A DNA stretch of 64,000 nt from a bacterium (GTDB taxonomy: Bacteria; Acidobacteriota; Blastocatellia; HR10): positions 23,000 to 86,999 of the forward strand of contig JBEPZV010000006.1 of assembly GCA_041640655.1 (NCBI GenBank), written 5' to 3'. The notes under the pieces were generated by a model. That model had not been told where the DNA came from, searched no databases, and was given only the letters and a program-made list of their open reading frames with translations. The position numbers and the translations under genes were made by a program. Of the stretch, positions 53,353 to 62,588 are shown in pieces; the stretch's first letter is position 1, and every line of letters begins with the position of its first letter.

Positions 53353-54105
53353 ATGGCGCTCAGAGAGAGCGACGCATTCGTTTTGATGACGTACCCGCTC
53401 GCGGAGGCGGATAAGATCGTCGTCCTCTTCACCCATCTGTACGGGAAGATTCGCGCCGTCGCCCGAGGGGCGCGTCGGCCGAAGAGCCGCTTCGGCGCGT
53501 GCCTGGAGCCGCTGTCCGAGGTCTTCGCGTCTTTCTACGAGAAGGAATCCCGGGAGCTGGTCGCTTTGCGGAGCTGCGAGTTGCTGTGCTCCCCCTTTGA
53601 GCGCGCGGTGACGCCCGAAGGCGAAGCGTTCCTCCACCACGTGGCCGAACTCGTTGATGCCTTTCAACCTCCGGCGGAGCCACAGCCCCCGGTTTATCGG
53701 TTGATCCGCGCGACGCGAGATGCGTTCCTTCGTGGCGCCCCATTGCCGGCTCTGGCTGTTTACTTCGAGACGTGGATGTTGAAGCTGGGCGGCTTCTTCG
53801 CCTCCCTGGAGGCATGCGCGGCTTGCGGGCGCACCCTCCGCCCGGATGAATCCCTCTGGATCACGCGCGAGGGCACCCCTCGATGCGAGCGGTGCGGCCC
53901 GCCTCTGGGCGGTCACGCGATCGCCCCCTCGCTGCGTCGCCTCTTCGCCGAGATGTTCAAGCGTCCTCCGGGCGAATGGGCGTCCCTCCCGACCGCGAGA
54001 GAGACGGCGCAACTGCGCCATCTGCTCCGACAACTCCTTCGCGATGTCCTTGAACGCGAATTGAAGACCGCGTTATTATTGGATGTTTCAAATTCGAGGG
54101 CGTGA
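53353..54105 (+). CDS. recO: DNA repair protein RecO
   Basis: EADKIVVLFT..GKIRAVARGARRPKSRFG..LEP; zinc finger CAACG..CERC. Confidence 0.93.
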   Translation: MALRESDAFVLMTYPLAEADKIVVLFTHLYGKIRAVARGARRPKSRFGACLEPLSEVFASFYEKESRELVALRSCELLCSPFERAVTPEGEAFLHHVAELVDAFQPPAEPQPPVYRLIRATRDAFLRGAPLPALAVYFETWMLKLGGFFASLEACAACGRTLRPDESLWITREGTPRCERCGPPLGGHAIAPSLRRLFAEMFKRPPGEWASLPTARETAQLRHLLRQLLRDVLERELKTALLLDVSNSRA

Positions 54106-54171
54106 GGGAAGAAGGGATACCGCGCATGAGGCATGCCCTCGAGAATACGCTCTGCGGAGAGGGAGATGCTT

Positions 54172-56883
54172 ATGGGCAAGTACGTGTATTTCTTCGGAAA
54201 TGGTCAGGCGGAAGGATCCGCGCGCCTGAGGGATTTATTGGGAGGGAAGGGGGCTGGCCTCGCTGAGATGACCAATGCGGGATTGCCGGTTCCTCCGGGA
54301 TTCACGATCACCACCGAAGCCTGTCGGATCTTCTACGAGAACGGGGGCCGCTTGCCGGCGGAGATCGAGGAGGAGATCGAGCGCGCCCTGCGGCGGCTTG
54401 AGGAGCTGCGCGGGGAGCGATTGGGCGATCGGGAGCGACCGCTGCTGGTCTCGGTGCGCTCCGGCGCCAAGTTCAGCATGCCGGGGATGATGGATACGAT
54501 CCTGAATCTGGGCCTGAACGACGTGACCGTCGAGGCTCTGGCCCGCCGCACGCGCAATCCTCGCTTCGCCTATGACTGCTATCGCCGATTCGTCCAGATG
54601 TTCGGCAATGTCGTCCTCGGCGTGGAGAAGAGGAAGTTCGAGGAACAGATCGAGGCCAAGAAGAGGGAGCGGGGCGTTCATCATGACACGGAGCTGACGG
54701 CCGAGGACCTCAAGGCGTTGGTGCGCGAGTTCAAACGGCTCATCAAAGAGGAGACCGGCAAGGACTTCCCTGAGGACCCGCACGAGCAATTGGTTCAGGC
54801 CCGCGACGCCGTCTTCCGCTCTTGGAACAACGAGCGCGCGATCACGTATCGGCAAATTCACAACATCCCGCATGATCTCGGGACGGCGGTGAACGTCCAG
54901 GCGATGGTCTTCGGCAACATGGGCGAGACCAGCGGTTCCGGCGTCGGCTTCACGCGCAATCCGGCGACCGGAGAGAAGGAGCTGTTCGGCGAATTCCTGC
55001 CGAACGCGCAGGGCGAGGACGTCGTCGCCGGGATTCGGACGCCTCTCCCCTTGCAGAAGCTGCGCGAGATTCTCCCGGACGTCTATCGTCAACTGGAGGA
55101 GATCGCCGAGCGGTTGGAGCGTCACTATCGCGATGTGCAGGATTTCGAGTTCACCGTGCAAGAAGGCCAGCTCTTCATGCTTCAGACGCGGAGCGCCAAG
55201 CGCACAGGTCTGGCGGCTATCAAGATCGCGTGCGACATGGTGGATGAAGGCCTGGTGACGCCGGAGGAATCGTTGCGGCTCATCGAAGCGCCCACACTGA
55301 ACCAACTCCTCCATCCCACGTTCGATCCGGTGCGGCGACGGGAATTCCGCGTCATTGGCCGAGGGTTGGCATCCTCTCCAGGTGCGGCGGCCGGACGGAT
55401 CGCCTTCACCGCGCGGCGCGCGGTCGAGATGCGGCGACAAGGGGAGCGGGTTGTGCTCGTGCGCATGGAGACGTCGCCCGATGACATCGCCGGCATGCAA
55501 GCCTCGGAAGGATTCCTCACTGCTCGGGGCGGCGCCACCTCGCACGCGGCCGTCGTCGGGCGCCAAATGGGCAAGCCAGCCGTCGTCGGATGCAGTGCGC
55601 TCGTCATCGACGAGGAGGCGGGCGTGGCGCGCCTGGGCGACGTTCTGCTTCGCGAGGGCGACTATATCTCCATTGATGGGACCACGGGGGAGATCTTGCT
55701 CGGCGATGTCCCCAAGGTCGAATCCGAGATCTTGCGCGTCCTCAATGGGGAGCTGACCCCGGAGCAGTCGAAGATCTATCAGTACTTCAAGCGCGTGATG
55801 GACACAGCGCGCGAGGTCAAACGGCTCGGCGTTCGCGCCAATGCCGATACGCCGGAAGATGCGCGGCTGGCGCGCGCTTTCGGCGCCGAGGGGATCGGAC
55901 TGGCGCGCACCGAACACATGTTCTTCGCGCCGGATCGCCTGCCCCACATGCAGGCGATGATCCTCGCCGCGACGGAGGCGCAACGGCGCGAGGCGCTCGC
56001 GCGTCTGCTCCCCATGCAACGCGAGGATTTCGCGGCGATCTTCCGCGCGATGGAGGGATACCCGGTCACGATCCGGCTGCTCGATCCGCCCCTACATGAA
56101 TTCCTGCCCAAGCGCGAACACCTCATGGTGGAGATCGCCGTCATGAAGGCGAGGGGGGAAACCGAAGGCTTGGAGGAGAAAGAACGCCTGCTGGCGCGCG
56201 TCGAGGAACTGCACGAGTTCAATCCCATGCTCGGATTCCGCGGCTGCCGGCTCGGGATTCTCTATCCGGAGATCACCGAGATGCAAGCCCGCGCGATCTT
56301 CGAGGCGGCCTGCCAGGTCGCGCGTGAGGGCGTGCGCGTGCACCCCGAGATCATGGTGCCGCTTGTGGGCATCGCGCGCGAGTTCGAAGCGCAGCGCGAG
56401 ATCATTGATCGCGTGGCCCGCGAAGTCATGCGGGAGACGGGGGTGACCATCTCCTATCTGGTCGGGACAATGATCGAGCTGCCGCGCGCGGCGCTCACAG
56501 CCGGAGAGATCGCGCGATCGGCCGAGTTCTTCAGCTTCGGCACGAACGACTTGACGCAAACGACCTTCGGCTTCTCGCGCGATGATACGGTGGCCGTCAT
56601 CGAGGCGTATATGAAGCGCGGGATCCTGGAGACCGACCCCTTTCTCATCCTCGATCGCACAGGCGTGGGCGAACTCATGCGCCTCGGTGTCGAACGCGGA
56701 CGCGCCGTGCGCGCCGACCTGAAGACCGGCATCTGCGGTGAGCATGGTGGCGAGCCGAGCTCCGTCGAATTCTGCCATCGCATCGGGCTGGATTACGTCA
56801 GCTGCTCTCCATATCGCGTGCCCATCGCCATTCTCGCCGCCGCGCAAGCCGCCGTCACTGAACTCGCCGCCGTCTTGGAGTGA
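54172..56883 (+). CDS. ppdK: Pyruvate, phosphate dikinase
   Basis: LLGGKGAGLAEM, VSVRSGA, GGATSHAAVV phospho-His, GIGLARTEHMF, FSFGTNDL, GICGEHGG. Confidence 0.98.
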   Translation: MGKYVYFFGNGQAEGSARLRDLLGGKGAGLAEMTNAGLPVPPGFTITTEACRIFYENGGRLPAEIEEEIERALRRLEELRGERLGDRERPLLVSVRSGAKFSMPGMMDTILNLGLNDVTVEALARRTRNPRFAYDCYRRFVQMFGNVVLGVEKRKFEEQIEAKKRERGVHHDTELTAEDLKALVREFKRLIKEETGKDFPEDPHEQLVQARDAVFRSWNNERAITYRQIHNIPHDLGTAVNVQAMVFGNMGETSGSGVGFTRNPATGEKELFGEFLPNAQGEDVVAGIRTPLPLQKLREILPDVYRQLEEIAERLERHYRDVQDFEFTVQEGQLFMLQTRSAKRTGLAAIKIACDMVDEGLVTPEESLRLIEAPTLNQLLHPTFDPVRRREFRVIGRGLASSPGAAAGRIAFTARRAVEMRRQGERVVLVRMETSPDDIAGMQASEGFLTARGGATSHAAVVGRQMGKPAVVGCSALVIDEEAGVARLGDVLLREGDYISIDGTTGEILLGDVPKVESEILRVLNGELTPEQSKIYQYFKRVMDTAREVKRLGVRANADTPEDARLARAFGAEGIGLARTEHMFFAPDRLPHMQAMILAATEAQRREALARLLPMQREDFAAIFRAMEGYPVTIRLLDPPLHEFLPKREHLMVEIAVMKARGETEGLEEKERLLARVEELHEFNPMLGFRGCRLGILYPEITEMQARAIFEAACQVAREGVRVHPEIMVPLVGIAREFEAQREIIDRVAREVMRETGVTISYLVGTMIELPRAALTAGEIARSAEFFSFGTNDLTQTTFGFSRDDTVAVIEAYMKRGILETDPFLILDRTGVGELMRLGVERGRAVRADLKTGICGEHGGEPSSVEFCHRIGLDYVSCSPYRVPIAILAAAQAAVTELAAVLE

Positions 56884-56887
56884 TCCC

Positions 56888-56920
56888 GGGAGCCCCTCGC
56901 GCTCGCGCGGGGGGCTTCCC
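56888..56920 (+). other. GC-rich hairpin after ppdK
   Basis: GGGAGCCCCTCGCG-ctcg-CGCGGGGGGCTTCCC; no U-tract, so a pause or mRNA-stability role is as likely as termination. Confidence 0.45.
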
Positions 56921-56936
56921 TCCTCACTCGCCGCGC

Positions 56937-58259
56937 ATGTGGTACGCGCTCTATAACCTGTCGCTTCTTCTGGCGACCGCGGTGCTGCTGCCCTATCTCG
57001 CCATCCGCGCCCTCGTCACCGGGAGAGAGCATCACGGATGGCGCGAACGCCTCGGCTTCCCCGCGCCGCTCCCGCGCGAGCGGCCCGTCCTCTGGATTCA
57101 CGGCGTCTCGGTCGGTGAGATCCTCGCCGCCGCACCGCTGATCGAAGCGCTCCCGCGATTCGCCCCATCGCCTGTTCACTTGGTGCTCTCCACGGTGACT
57201 GAGACGGGACAGCAGATCGCGCATCGCCGCTATGGGTCCAAAGCGACGATCGTCCGCTTCCCCCTCGACTGGCGCTTCTCGGTCACGCGGGCCTTTGAGC
57301 GGCTTCATCCGAATCTCGTTCTGATCATGGAGACTGAGATCTGGCCGAACTTCCTGCGGGAGTGCACTCGTCGCCGCGTCCCCGTCGTGCTCGCCAGTGG
57401 TCGCCTCTCGGATCGCTCGTTTCGCCGGTATCGTCGGATTCGCCCGTTCATGGCGCGCGTTCTCAAAAACTTCCGTCTGCTCCTCATGCAAAGCGAGGAG
57501 GACGCCCGGCGCATGCGCGAGCTGGGCGCTCCCGCCGAACGCGTTCGCGTTGTCGGCAATGTGAAATGGGATGCGCGCCCCACGGACGAGGAGGTGGCGA
57601 TGGCGGAAGAGCTGGCGCGCCAGCTCGGGCTCCCGAGAGAACGATCGCTCATCGTGGCGGGGAGCACGGCGGCGGGCGAGGAGGCCGTGATCGTGCGCGC
57701 CTTCGAGATCCTTCGCGCCGAGTGCGCGGACCTTCGCTCGATACGCCTGCTCATCGCTCCACGGCGTCCGGAACGATTCGACGCCGTGGAGGCATGGCTC
57801 CGCGCTTCAGGATGGCGGGTCGTTCGCCGCACACGCGCAACCGATCGCGAGAAGGCGGAACAAGCGGAGGTCATCCTCTTGGACACCTTGGGGGAGCTGG
57901 CCGCCGTCTACCGTCTGGCTCGCGTAGCGGTGATCGGAGGGAGTTTCTCTGCTTCCCTCGCTCATAACGTGATCGAGCCTCTGGCCCGCGGCGCGTGCGT
58001 CATCGTCGGCCCTCGATACAGTGACCCCTATTTCCCCGCGTATGCGGCATGTGTGTGGCGGATCTCGGCGCCCCCACGACCGGACGCTCTAGCACGCGCG
58101 CTCGCGGACGCGATGACGCGACTCCTCCGGGAAGAGGACCTGCGGGCGCGCCTGCACGAAGCGGCGCGCGCCTTCCTGGCCCAGCATCGCGGGACGGCCG
58201 AGCGGATCCTCTCGCATCTTGAGCCGATCCTCGTCGAGGCGATGGCGAGGAGACCATGA
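56937..58259 (+). CDS. waaA: Kdo transferase
   Basis: WIHGVSVGE, PLD, METEIWPN, VGNVKWD, AGST, LDTLGEL, HNVIEP. Confidence 0.93.
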   Translation: MWYALYNLSLLLATAVLLPYLAIRALVTGREHHGWRERLGFPAPLPRERPVLWIHGVSVGEILAAAPLIEALPRFAPSPVHLVLSTVTETGQQIAHRRYGSKATIVRFPLDWRFSVTRAFERLHPNLVLIMETEIWPNFLRECTRRRVPVVLASGRLSDRSFRRYRRIRPFMARVLKNFRLLLMQSEEDARRMRELGAPAERVRVVGNVKWDARPTDEEVAMAEELARQLGLPRERSLIVAGSTAAGEEAVIVRAFEILRAECADLRSIRLLIAPRRPERFDAVEAWLRASGWRVVRRTRATDREKAEQAEVILLDTLGELAAVYRLARVAVIGGSFSASLAHNVIEPLARGACVIVGPRYSDPYFPAYAACVWRISAPPRPDALARALADAMTRLLREEDLRARLHEAARAFLAQHRGTAERILSHLEPILVEAMARRP

Positions 58260-59314
58260 GCAGATGGCTCTTTCAATTGCCACGACCGATTCGAAAAGGT
58301 TTGGCCTGGCTCTTCAGGTTCGGCGTCGCCCTGCGCCTGGCGCTCTACAAGACGGGATATGTGAAGCCCAAACGGGTCAAGGCCTTCACCATCAGCGTGG
58401 GGAATCTCACCGTGGGAGGGACGGGGAAGACGCCGCTCGTCGAATATATCGCGCGGCTACTTCTGTCGGCAGGCTATCGGCCGTCTGTGATCAGTCGAGG
58501 ATATGGCCGGCGCTCTCGCGCCCCACTTGTGCTCGTCTCCGATGGCGCCCGCCTCCACGCCACGGTCCGGGAGGCTGGAGACGAACCGCTCCTCCTCGCC
58601 CGACGTCTCCCCGGAGTGATCGTCGCCGTCGGCGCTCGCCGCTATGCCGTCGCGCGCCACCTCGAGGAGCATTTCCAGCTTGATGTCCATGTGCTCGATG
58701 ACGCCTTTCAACATCTGGCGCTCGAGCGCGATCTCAACCTGCTGCTGATTGATGCCCTGGACCCCTTCGGCGACGATGAGCTTCTCCCCCTCGGACGATT
58801 GCGCGAACCCGTGAGCGAGATCGCGCGCGCTTCGGCAGTCATCGTCACGCGAGCGGACCATCCCCTTGATCCCCTGGCGCTCGAAGCGCGCGTGCGCGCG
58901 TTGGCCGGACCGATCCCGATCTTCTACAGCTACCATGAGATCGTCGAACTGCATGCCCCCCTCACCGGCGATCGGCTCCCGCCCCAGAAGCTCTACGGGC
59001 GGACAATCGGCGCCTTCTGCGCGGTGGGAAATCCCCAGCTCTTCCAGCGCGATCTGGCCCACTACCGCGCACGTATCGTTCTCTTTCGCGCCTTCCGCGA
59101 CCATCATTGGTATACCCGGCGAGACCTCGCGCGCCTGTTTCAGGAAGCGGAACAGGCCGGGGCCGAATGGCTCGTGACCACGGAGAAAGACTGGATGCGC
59201 TTGGAATCGCTCGCCCTTCCGGAGAGACCGCCGCTCTACGTCGCCCGAATTGAGGCGCGTCTGGAGGACGCTGAAGTCTTCAGGAGTTTCCTCCTGCGAC
59301 ATCTCGCGCGATAG
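58256..59314 (+). CDS. lpxK: Tetraacyldisaccharide 4'-kinase
   Basis: SVGNLTVGGTGKTP, SRGYG, GDEP, LDDAFQH, GRLRE, TTEKD. Confidence 0.96.
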   Translation: MSRWLFQLPRPIRKGLAWLFRFGVALRLALYKTGYVKPKRVKAFTISVGNLTVGGTGKTPLVEYIARLLLSAGYRPSVISRGYGRRSRAPLVLVSDGARLHATVREAGDEPLLLARRLPGVIVAVGARRYAVARHLEEHFQLDVHVLDDAFQHLALERDLNLLLIDALDPFGDDELLPLGRLREPVSEIARASAVIVTRADHPLDPLALEARVRALAGPIPIFYSYHEIVELHAPLTGDRLPPQKLYGRTIGAFCAVGNPQLFQRDLAHYRARIVLFRAFRDHHWYTRRDLARLFQEAEQAGAEWLVTTEKDWMRLESLALPERPPLYVARIEARLEDAEVFRSFLLRHLAR

Positions 59315-59322
59315 GCGCGGCC

Positions 59323-60579
59323 TTATTTCTTCCGAAGGATCTCGATGGCCCTCTTCAACGGGAGGTCTTCCGCGGGAGGTTGGGCCGGCGGATGCGCCAC
59401 AGGCTCTTCCGGCGGCAGCTCCTCACGTTCTTCCAACTCCTCCGGGGTCATCCCCCGATCGGGTCGCGGCACCTCCACGGTGGGGACAATCCCGCTGGTC
59501 GCCGACGTGCTCCCCATAATAGGTTTGCCCGAGGGCGTCGCGTACTTCACGACGGTGATATAGAGCCCGCCCCCGTCTCGCAGCGGGAAGAGCTTCTGCT
59601 CCCCCCCAGCTCCGAACGTCCGCTCGCCGACCAGCTCGCCGCGTTTGTTCTCCAGAATGGCCGCGGCGATGATCTCCGCAGCTCCCGCCGTGCTCCGATC
59701 AATGAGCGCGACCAGATCACCGCGATAGAGCTGTCGCTGGGGATCCGCGGCGAAGGTTTGCAGGACGCGTCCCTCTCGCCCGATCGTCTTCGCCAATATG
59801 CCCGAACCGATGAAATAGTTCGCGACGGTCACAGCCTCGGCCAAGCTCCCCGTGGCGACGCCGCGCAGGTCCAGGATCAACCGATTCACCCCCTGACTGA
59901 TCAAGCCCTCCAATTCCGCGCGGATGCGCGCGGATTCTCCCTCGTCCAGAGTCGCGAGCTTCAAATAGCCAAGCCCGCGCTCCAGGACCTTCGCTTCGGG
60001 TTTCGGACGCGGGAAGCGATCGAGTTGGAATTTGAAGGTCTCCGCCCGTCCCTCTCGAAAGACCCGCACCTCGACCTCCGTGCCGCGTGGTCCGACCAGC
60101 AACTCGCGCGCCTCGTAGAGGCTCATATCGCGCGTGGCGCGCGTCCCGATGTACTCGATGATGTCTCCAGGGCGGAGGCCGGCGATCTCAGCCGGCGATC
60201 CCTTCAGCACGGAGACGACGTAGGCATATCCCGCGACCTTGGAGAGGACGAGACCGCTCTCGGCCTCACCGCCTGAAGTTCCTCCGTTCAAGCGCCGGAC
60301 CTGTTCCGGTGTCAGATAGGCGCTGTAAGGATCCAGCCCCTCGGCCAATCCGCGCAGCGCCCCCACGCGCACCTTCTCCAAGTCGGGCTCATCCACGTAG
60401 TCGTTGATGATGCGCGTCAAGACCTCCTGGAAGATCGTCAACTGAGAATACGGATCGTTGTAGCTCGCGATCACCCCGCTGCGCGGCAATAACCCACCGA
60501 TCACTACGTAGAGGGCGATGACGACCGAGACGATCAGGACGCTCACCTTCAACTTCATCGCCATGCGCACGACTCCCAT
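59323..60579 (-). CDS. S41 (CtpA-like) PDZ protein lacking catalytic residues
   Basis: TM anchor, LDPYSAY, PDZ (GSPAEIAGLRPGD), LILDLR, TAGAAE and GERTFGAG; start 60579 or 60564. Confidence 0.85.
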   Translation of the reverse strand: MGVVRMAMKLKVSVLIVSVVIALYVVIGGLLPRSGVIASYNDPYSQLTIFQEVLTRIINDYVDEPDLEKVRVGALRGLAEGLDPYSAYLTPEQVRRLNGGTSGGEAESGLVLSKVAGYAYVVSVLKGSPAEIAGLRPGDIIEYIGTRATRDMSLYEARELLVGPRGTEVEVRVFREGRAETFKFQLDRFPRPKPEAKVLERGLGYLKLATLDEGESARIRAELEGLISQGVNRLILDLRGVATGSLAEAVTVANYFIGSGILAKTIGREGRVLQTFAADPQRQLYRGDLVALIDRSTAGAAEIIAAAILENKRGELVGERTFGAGGEQKLFPLRDGGGLYITVVKYATPSGKPIMGSTSATSGIVPTVEVPRPDRGMTPEELEEREELPPEEPVAHPPAQPPAEDLPLKRAIEILRKK

Positions 60580-60764
60580 CCGTATCCTTCCTCTCGACTC
60601 CATGCGGGACAATAGTACACCACACAGCCGATCTCCAGCAACTGCCTTCGACGACGGACCGAAGGCGCGGACCTCCTCATGGTGCCTCGACTTGCGTCTC
60701 ACCTCCGAAGCCGATATAGTAAAGCGCGCGATATGGGGGGCCACTCAAGGGGGTGAACCTGGGG

Positions 60765-62570
60765 ATGACAGCGGCTGAGCCGACCACGCTCAACGAACTC
60801 TTCGCTCTGGCCGTGCAGCGGTACGGATCGAGGCCGGATGTGCTCGTCTACCGATCGGGCGGTCGTTGGGCGAAGATCTCAGCCGCAGCACTCGCGGAGC
60901 AGGTGCGGACGCTCGCCTTCGGTTTCTACGCGAACGGCGTTCGCCCCGGCGATCACGTCGCGCTTCTCTCGGAGAACCGCCCAGAATGGACGCTCTCGGA
61001 CCTGGCCCTCCTGGCGCTCGGGGCCGTTGACGTCCCGATTCACGCGACGCAAGCGCCGCCGCAAGTCGCGCACATTCTGCGCGACTCGGGCGCCCGCATC
61101 CTCGTGCTCTCGACCGGGGAGCAGTGGCAGCGTCTGCGCGATGTGCTCGCCAGCGTGGAGTCGGTGGAGAAGATCATCACCTTCGAGGCGATCTCCGACG
61201 AGGATGCTCGCCTCCTCCCCTTCCCGCAACTCTTCGAGGCCGGGCAGCGATGGGCGGCGCACGAACCCGATCTCTATGATCGCCTGCGCCGCGCTGTCGG
61301 CCCGAGCGATCTGGCGACGCTGCTCTACACCTCGGGGACGACGGGCGAACCCAAGGGGGTGATGCTCACCCATGGGAACATCACCTCGAATGTCACGGCC
61401 GCTTTGCGCGTCCTCGGCTATTCCTCGCGCGATGTCGTGCTCTCGATCCTCCCCCTCTCGCACAGCTTCGAGCGCATGGCTTTCTACTGTTACCTCCACG
61501 CTGGCTTGAGCATCGCCTACGCCGAGTCCTTCGACAAAGTGGCCGAGAACCTGCGCGATATTCGTCCCACGGTTTTGGTCGGTGTGCCGCGCCTCTTCGA
61601 GAAGATGCGCGCGCGCATCCTGGAGGCGAGTCGCGCCCTGCCGGGACTCAAGCAGCATCTCGTGACCTGGGGACTTCGGACGGGGGAGCGCTTCGAGCGC
61701 GCGCGCCGCAGGGGGGATGCCCTCTCCCCATGGCTTCGATGGCAACGCGCTGTGGCCGAACGCACGGTCCTGGCGCGCATCCGGGAGCAAATCGGGTTGG
61801 ACCGCGCGCGCTCGCTCATCTCCGGAGGAGCCGCGCTCTCTCCCGACGTCGCCTATTTCTTCCTCGGCTTGGGGTTGGAGATCCTGCAAGGGTATGGCCT
61901 CACGGAAACGTCGCCCGTCGTGACGGTGAATCCTCCGGGAGCGAACAAGATCGGGACCGTCGGCCGTCCGATCCCCGGTGTGGAGGTCAAGATCGCCGAG
62001 GATGGAGAGATCCTCGTCCGCGGCCCCAACGTCATGCTCGGCTACTACAATCGCCCCGAAGAGACGGCCGCCGCCTTCACCGAGGACGGATGGCTGCGCA
62101 CGGGCGATGTGGGCTTCCTCGACGCTGACGGATACCTGGTGATCACGGATCGGAAGAAGGATTTGATGAAAACCAGCGGCGGGAAGTACGTGGCGCCGCA
62201 AGCGTTGGAGAATCGGCTCGTGGCTAGTCCGCTGATCGCCCAAGCGGTCGTCGTGGGGGATGGGCGGAAGTTCCCGGCCGCACTCATCGTCCCCAATTTT
62301 GAGGCGCTCCGGCGATATGCGGAGGCGCAGGGGATTCCTCTCCACGAGGCGCACCAGTTGTGCGCGCATCCGAAGATTCAGCGCCTTTACGAAGAGGAGG
62401 TGGAGCGCTTGATGGCCGATTTCTCTCCCCACGAGCGGGTGAAGCGGATCGCCCTGCTCGAACGCGAGCTGACGATCGCCGCGGGAGAGTTGACGCCGAC
62501 ATTGAAGGTGCGTCGCCGCATCATCGAGGAGAAATACCGCGACATCATCGAGCGCCTGTATGCGGAATAA
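60765..62570 (+). CDS. fadD: Long-chain fatty acid-CoA ligase
   Basis: YTSGTTGEPKG, LPLSHSFE, QGYGLTET, RTGD, DRKKD; upstream TTGCGT-N17-TATAGT. Confidence 0.9.
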   Translation: MTAAEPTTLNELFALAVQRYGSRPDVLVYRSGGRWAKISAAALAEQVRTLAFGFYANGVRPGDHVALLSENRPEWTLSDLALLALGAVDVPIHATQAPPQVAHILRDSGARILVLSTGEQWQRLRDVLASVESVEKIITFEAISDEDARLLPFPQLFEAGQRWAAHEPDLYDRLRRAVGPSDLATLLYTSGTTGEPKGVMLTHGNITSNVTAALRVLGYSSRDVVLSILPLSHSFERMAFYCYLHAGLSIAYAESFDKVAENLRDIRPTVLVGVPRLFEKMRARILEASRALPGLKQHLVTWGLRTGERFERARRRGDALSPWLRWQRAVAERTVLARIREQIGLDRARSLISGGAALSPDVAYFFLGLGLEILQGYGLTETSPVVTVNPPGANKIGTVGRPIPGVEVKIAEDGEILVRGPNVMLGYYNRPEETAAAFTEDGWLRTGDVGFLDADGYLVITDRKKDLMKTSGGKYVAPQALENRLVASPLIAQAVVVGDGRKFPAALIVPNFEALRRYAEAQGIPLHEAHQLCAHPKIQRLYEEEVERLMADFSPHERVKRIALLERELTIAAGELTPTLKVRRRIIEEKYRDIIERLYAE

Positions 62571-62588
62571 GTCTTCAGGAGGATCGCG

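Noticed and set aside
51216..53879. Isolated GGGGTCCCC (purL) and GGGCACCCC (recO) nonamers
   Set aside because: Single arms explained by protein sequence (FGVPT, EGTP) with no partner arm.
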